A stretch of DNA of 64,000 bases from Candidatus Bathyarchaeota archaeon. Lineage in GTDB: Archaea; Thermoproteota; Bathyarchaeia; Bathyarchaeales; Bathycorpusculaceae. Of this stretch, positions 61,084-64,000 are shown piece after piece. The stretch covers positions 58,265 to 122,264 of the forward strand of contig CAVZKL010000010.1 in assembly GCA_963775895.1 (NCBI GenBank). The letters are read 5' to 3'. Positions within the stretch are counted from its first letter, which is position 1, and every line of letters begins with the position of its first letter. The position numbers and the translations under genes are program-made. A model generated the notes under the pieces. It worked only from the letters and a program-made list of their open reading frames with translations, had not been told where the DNA came from and made no database searches.

Positions 61084-63153
61084 GTGAAATGGTTGCCTTC
61101 ATCTTACGTCTGCCACACCTGTGGTAAGATATACTCTTCGGAAGAGTACTGGAACAATCGGTTTTGTAGCGTCTGTGGGACATTCTTGTTGCCCCAGAGA
61201 AAGGCTTCGGCGTTTCTCAGAAGAAGTGGTTATGGCGTGAAGCTCAAGGATACGAAGAGCGGCGTGCTTCCTGAAGACTATGAGATGCGAAAAGGTCAGA
61301 TGGAGTTTATTCAAGAGGCCGCGAGAGCCATTAGGAGTAAAGAGATTTTTGTTGGAAGTGCTCCTTGTGGAATCGGCAAATCCCTTGCGTCGCTGCTTGC
61401 GATTTTGCCTGAGCTCGGAGAAAACAGGTTGATGATTTGTTTCAGAACCAGAAGTCAGCTGCACATATATCTTAAGGAGCTGAGGGCGCTCTCGAGAGAT
61501 CTTTGCTGCGTTTCCTTCTTCAGCAAACAAGATATGTGTCCGTTGAAGAAGGGGGGTGATCTGTCTTATTTTGAGTTTTTCGAAGAGTGCAGGAGACTTA
61601 AGGAGAACTGCGAATCTTCTGCTAAGCCCTTCTGCAAATTCTTTATGAGCATTCTGAAGGATGAGAGAGAGGCGGAAGATTTGGCTCGGGACTGTGCGCA
61701 TAGAATTCTCGCGCCGGAAGAGTCGGTCGAGTTCATGTTCAGAAGAGGGTTCTGCGCCTACGAAGCCTTGAAGACGATTCTGCCCAAGGCGAACGTTTTT
61801 CTCGGAACGTACCACTACGCCTTTGATCCGGCCATTAGGAAATCGATGCTGAAGAGTTTCGGAGTTAACGCTTCCAACGTCTATTTAATCGTTGATGAGG
61901 CTCACAACCTGCCAGCCTTCGCCAGAGAATTGCTTTCCGACCAGTTGACGGAGGGCACGGTTGAAAGAGCCTTGAAGGAAACTGAGATTTTCGAACACGA
62001 ATCGTCTGCATCAGTCAAAGAACATCTGCAGGTTCTCATGAAAGAGGTTTTTCAACGTGCGCAATCCATTTTGAAGGCTGAAGATCTGAGGCTGCTTAAC
62101 CCTCAAGAACTCAGCGATTTGTTTGTGGCCAACAACGGTGCGTCGGGTCCCGAAGTTGCGAGTGTCCTTCAAGAATACGGGGAGTACGTGAAAAAGAAGC
62201 GGCTTGAGTCTGGTTCCGAGAGGATTTCGAGCTACAACTATCGAATCGGCGTATTCATGGAGAGCTTTTTCAGCAATGTTGGGTCAAAACACGTGCATCT
62301 GATTGAAAGAGACCGGCATGGTCGGGTTGCGTTGGAGGTCAGAAGCCTTGACGGAAGAGAAATCGTCGATCCAGTTCTGAGGGAAGCAAGAGGAGCGGTT
62401 CTCATGAGCGGTTTTCTGTCTCCGCTAACCGTTTACAGAGACCTGATGCTCTACAGCTCGGACAATGTTTGTCTGAAAGAGTTTGACTCTCCCTTTCCGC
62501 GGATGAACAGGCTGATACTGGCAGCTGAGGACGTGTCGTCAGAGTTTAAGAAGAGAACGGACGTGATGCTTGAAAAATGGAAGAGTTACGTTGAAGCCAT
62601 TTCGCGGGCTACTCAAGGCAATTTGGCGGTTTTCTTCACGAGCTACGGGCTGATGCATGAAGTTTCAGGGTTGATTAAGACAAACAGAAGGACGATTATG
62701 GAGGAACAGGGCACGAGAAGAAATGAGGTGATTGAGAAGCTGAGAAGCTCGTCGAACAACGTTCTTTACGGAGTCATGGGGGCCAAACTGAGTGAAGGAA
62801 TGGACTACCCCGGAAACATCCTCAAATGCGTCGTGGCTGTGGGATTACCGTTGGCAACATGGAATGCCTATGAAGAATCGCTCATCGATTATCTCGAACA
62901 GCAGTTTCCGGGGAAAGGGAGAACCTACGCCTATTTGACCCCAGCCATACTGCGACTCATTCAGGCTTGCGGGCGCGTTCACAGGTCAGCAGAAGACAGA
63001 GGCTGCATAGTGATGCTGGACGAACGCGTCACCCAGCCCCACGTCAAACGACAACTTCCAGGCTACTATCAAAAAGAGATGATAACAGTCCGAAATCCAT
63101 CTGATTGCGGCGAAAAAATAGAGAGTTTCTGGAACTCCCCTCGCAGGCTTTAA
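61084..63153 (+). CDS. xpd: XPD/Rad3/DinG Fe-S helicase with N-terminal zinc ribbon
   Basis: CHTC..CSVC; R.GQ, APCGIGKS, DEAHNL, SEGMD, QACGRVHR. Confidence 0.87.
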   Translation: MKWLPSSYVCHTCGKIYSSEEYWNNRFCSVCGTFLLPQRKASAFLRRSGYGVKLKDTKSGVLPEDYEMRKGQMEFIQEAARAIRSKEIFVGSAPCGIGKSLASLLAILPELGENRLMICFRTRSQLHIYLKELRALSRDLCCVSFFSKQDMCPLKKGGDLSYFEFFEECRRLKENCESSAKPFCKFFMSILKDEREAEDLARDCAHRILAPEESVEFMFRRGFCAYEALKTILPKANVFLGTYHYAFDPAIRKSMLKSFGVNASNVYLIVDEAHNLPAFARELLSDQLTEGTVERALKETEIFEHESSASVKEHLQVLMKEVFQRAQSILKAEDLRLLNPQELSDLFVANNGASGPEVASVLQEYGEYVKKKRLESGSERISSYNYRIGVFMESFFSNVGSKHVHLIERDRHGRVALEVRSLDGREIVDPVLREARGAVLMSGFLSPLTVYRDLMLYSSDNVCLKEFDSPFPRMNRLILAAEDVSSEFKKRTDVMLEKWKSYVEAISRATQGNLAVFFTSYGLMHEVSGLIKTNRRTIMEEQGTRRNEVIEKLRSSSNNVLYGVMGAKLSEGMDYPGNILKCVVAVGLPLATWNAYEESLIDYLEQQFPGKGRTYAYLTPAILRLIQACGRVHRSAEDRGCIVMLDERVTQPHVKRQLPGYYQKEMITVRNPSDCGEKIESFWNSPRRL

Positions 63154-63265
63154 AAAATCTCGCCCGTAGCACACGCGGAATTGATGGCTCAGAATCTTTT
63201 CGATTTCTACAGAACCAAAGCATAAAGCGTCAATTATTTTTATTTGAATGATTACAATCAGTGTT

Positions 63266-63771
63266 ATGAGTGAGTACATTCTCGCAAGGAACAAGTTCAA
63301 GCCATATGAAAGAGTGAAATTTCTGCTCATCGCTGAGTCTCCTCCTGCTTCTGGAGGATATTTCTATTTCGACTGGACAACCGGAAAGGATAGCCTTTTC
63401 AGGGAGACAATGAAAGCACTGGTCTGTTTCCAGAAGATCAAGAAAATGTCAAAGGGTTTCGATAAGAGACCTTTGCTGAAAGAGTTTCAGTCGCAAGGCT
63501 TCTTCGTTGTTGATGTATGTTATGAGCCCGTTGATAAGCTGCAAACCAGAGAGAAAAGACGTTATCACAAGGAAATTCCAAGACTAATCGCTGACACACG
63601 GAAGTTGGATCCTGAAGGAATTGTTATCGTGAAATCTAGCTATATTTGCTTCTGTGAAAGAGGGACTTGATAAAGCCGGCCTTGGCAAAAAGATTCTAAG
63701 TGAGAGAGCTACCATTTCCGTCTCATGGCAACCAGAAGATTTATCGACAGATGTTAAGAGAGCTGACGTGA
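63266..63771 (+). CDS. Uracil-DNA glycosylase-superfamily-like protein (frameshifted)
   Basis: LLIAESPP..GGYFY at N-terminus and PFPSHGNQ at C-terminus. Confidence 0.6.
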
Positions 63772-64000
63772 CCTCTTTGATGCGCGCGCTACAGCTGCAG
63801 CCAGGCGCTCAGGGGCTTTAAGTCTTGTGTCACGATCAGCGGTTAACTGTCTCTACGATATAGAGACACTTGCACGCTGTTTTCCCATGTCTTAAGCTTC
63901 CCTGGATCTTAAGCGGTGTAATAAGTCGTGAGGACACGACTTCACGGGTTTCCACGCCCTATTCGAAGCCTTCGAAATGGAAAAACTTGGAAAACCACGA

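Noticed and set aside
459-63771. Frameshifts in pilin, hdrA, phoU genes, pstS, GATase, M48 protease, STAND, cohesin protein, xpb and the UDG-like gene as programmed frameshifting or pseudogenisation
   Set aside because: Mostly single-base indels, often at homopolymers, scattered over unrelated and otherwise intact genes; most simply long-read consensus errors. Needs read polishing to confirm.

Overview
Archaeal chromosomal window, most likely Bathyarchaeia. This is inferred from eS1, Alba, an archaeal pilin, an HdrA-MvhD fusion, a cohesin-dockerin surface protein, XPB-Bax1/XPD and GGAGG/GGTGA ribosome-binding sites. Bases 1-12 kb are core genes: serS, rps3ae, a four-subunit 2-oxoacid:ferredoxin oxidoreductase apparently co-transcribed with HdrA-MvhD and an HdrC/GltD-like fusion, an Ord-like dehydrogenase and moaE. 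The rest is a mosaic of pstSCAB-phoU, a heavy-metal ATPase with CsoR, gpmA/pyk, amt, alba, hydrolases, a STAND ATPase and DNA-repair genes. Many genes carry single-base frameshifts, often at homopolymers, probably long-read errors. The most striking signals are non-coding. (1) The octamer GCGCGCGC, often extended to GCGCGCGCTA, occurs about 15 times by eye, always outside confident coding sequence and only after 15.9 kb. It sits exactly at the break point of a truncated ATPase gene, and a variant sits at the break point of a tRNA 3' remnant. (2) An ~85-bp promoter-bearing element containing a CRISPR-repeat-like 37-mer occurs three times, always next to that motif; two copies bracket an 8-kb accessory block. 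(3) A shared 20-bp promoter-like box precedes four small genes inside that block. Together these suggest an undescribed short-motif-guided DNA acquisition or rearrangement system. No recombinase gene is visible in the window. All counts are by eye and no database searches were run.
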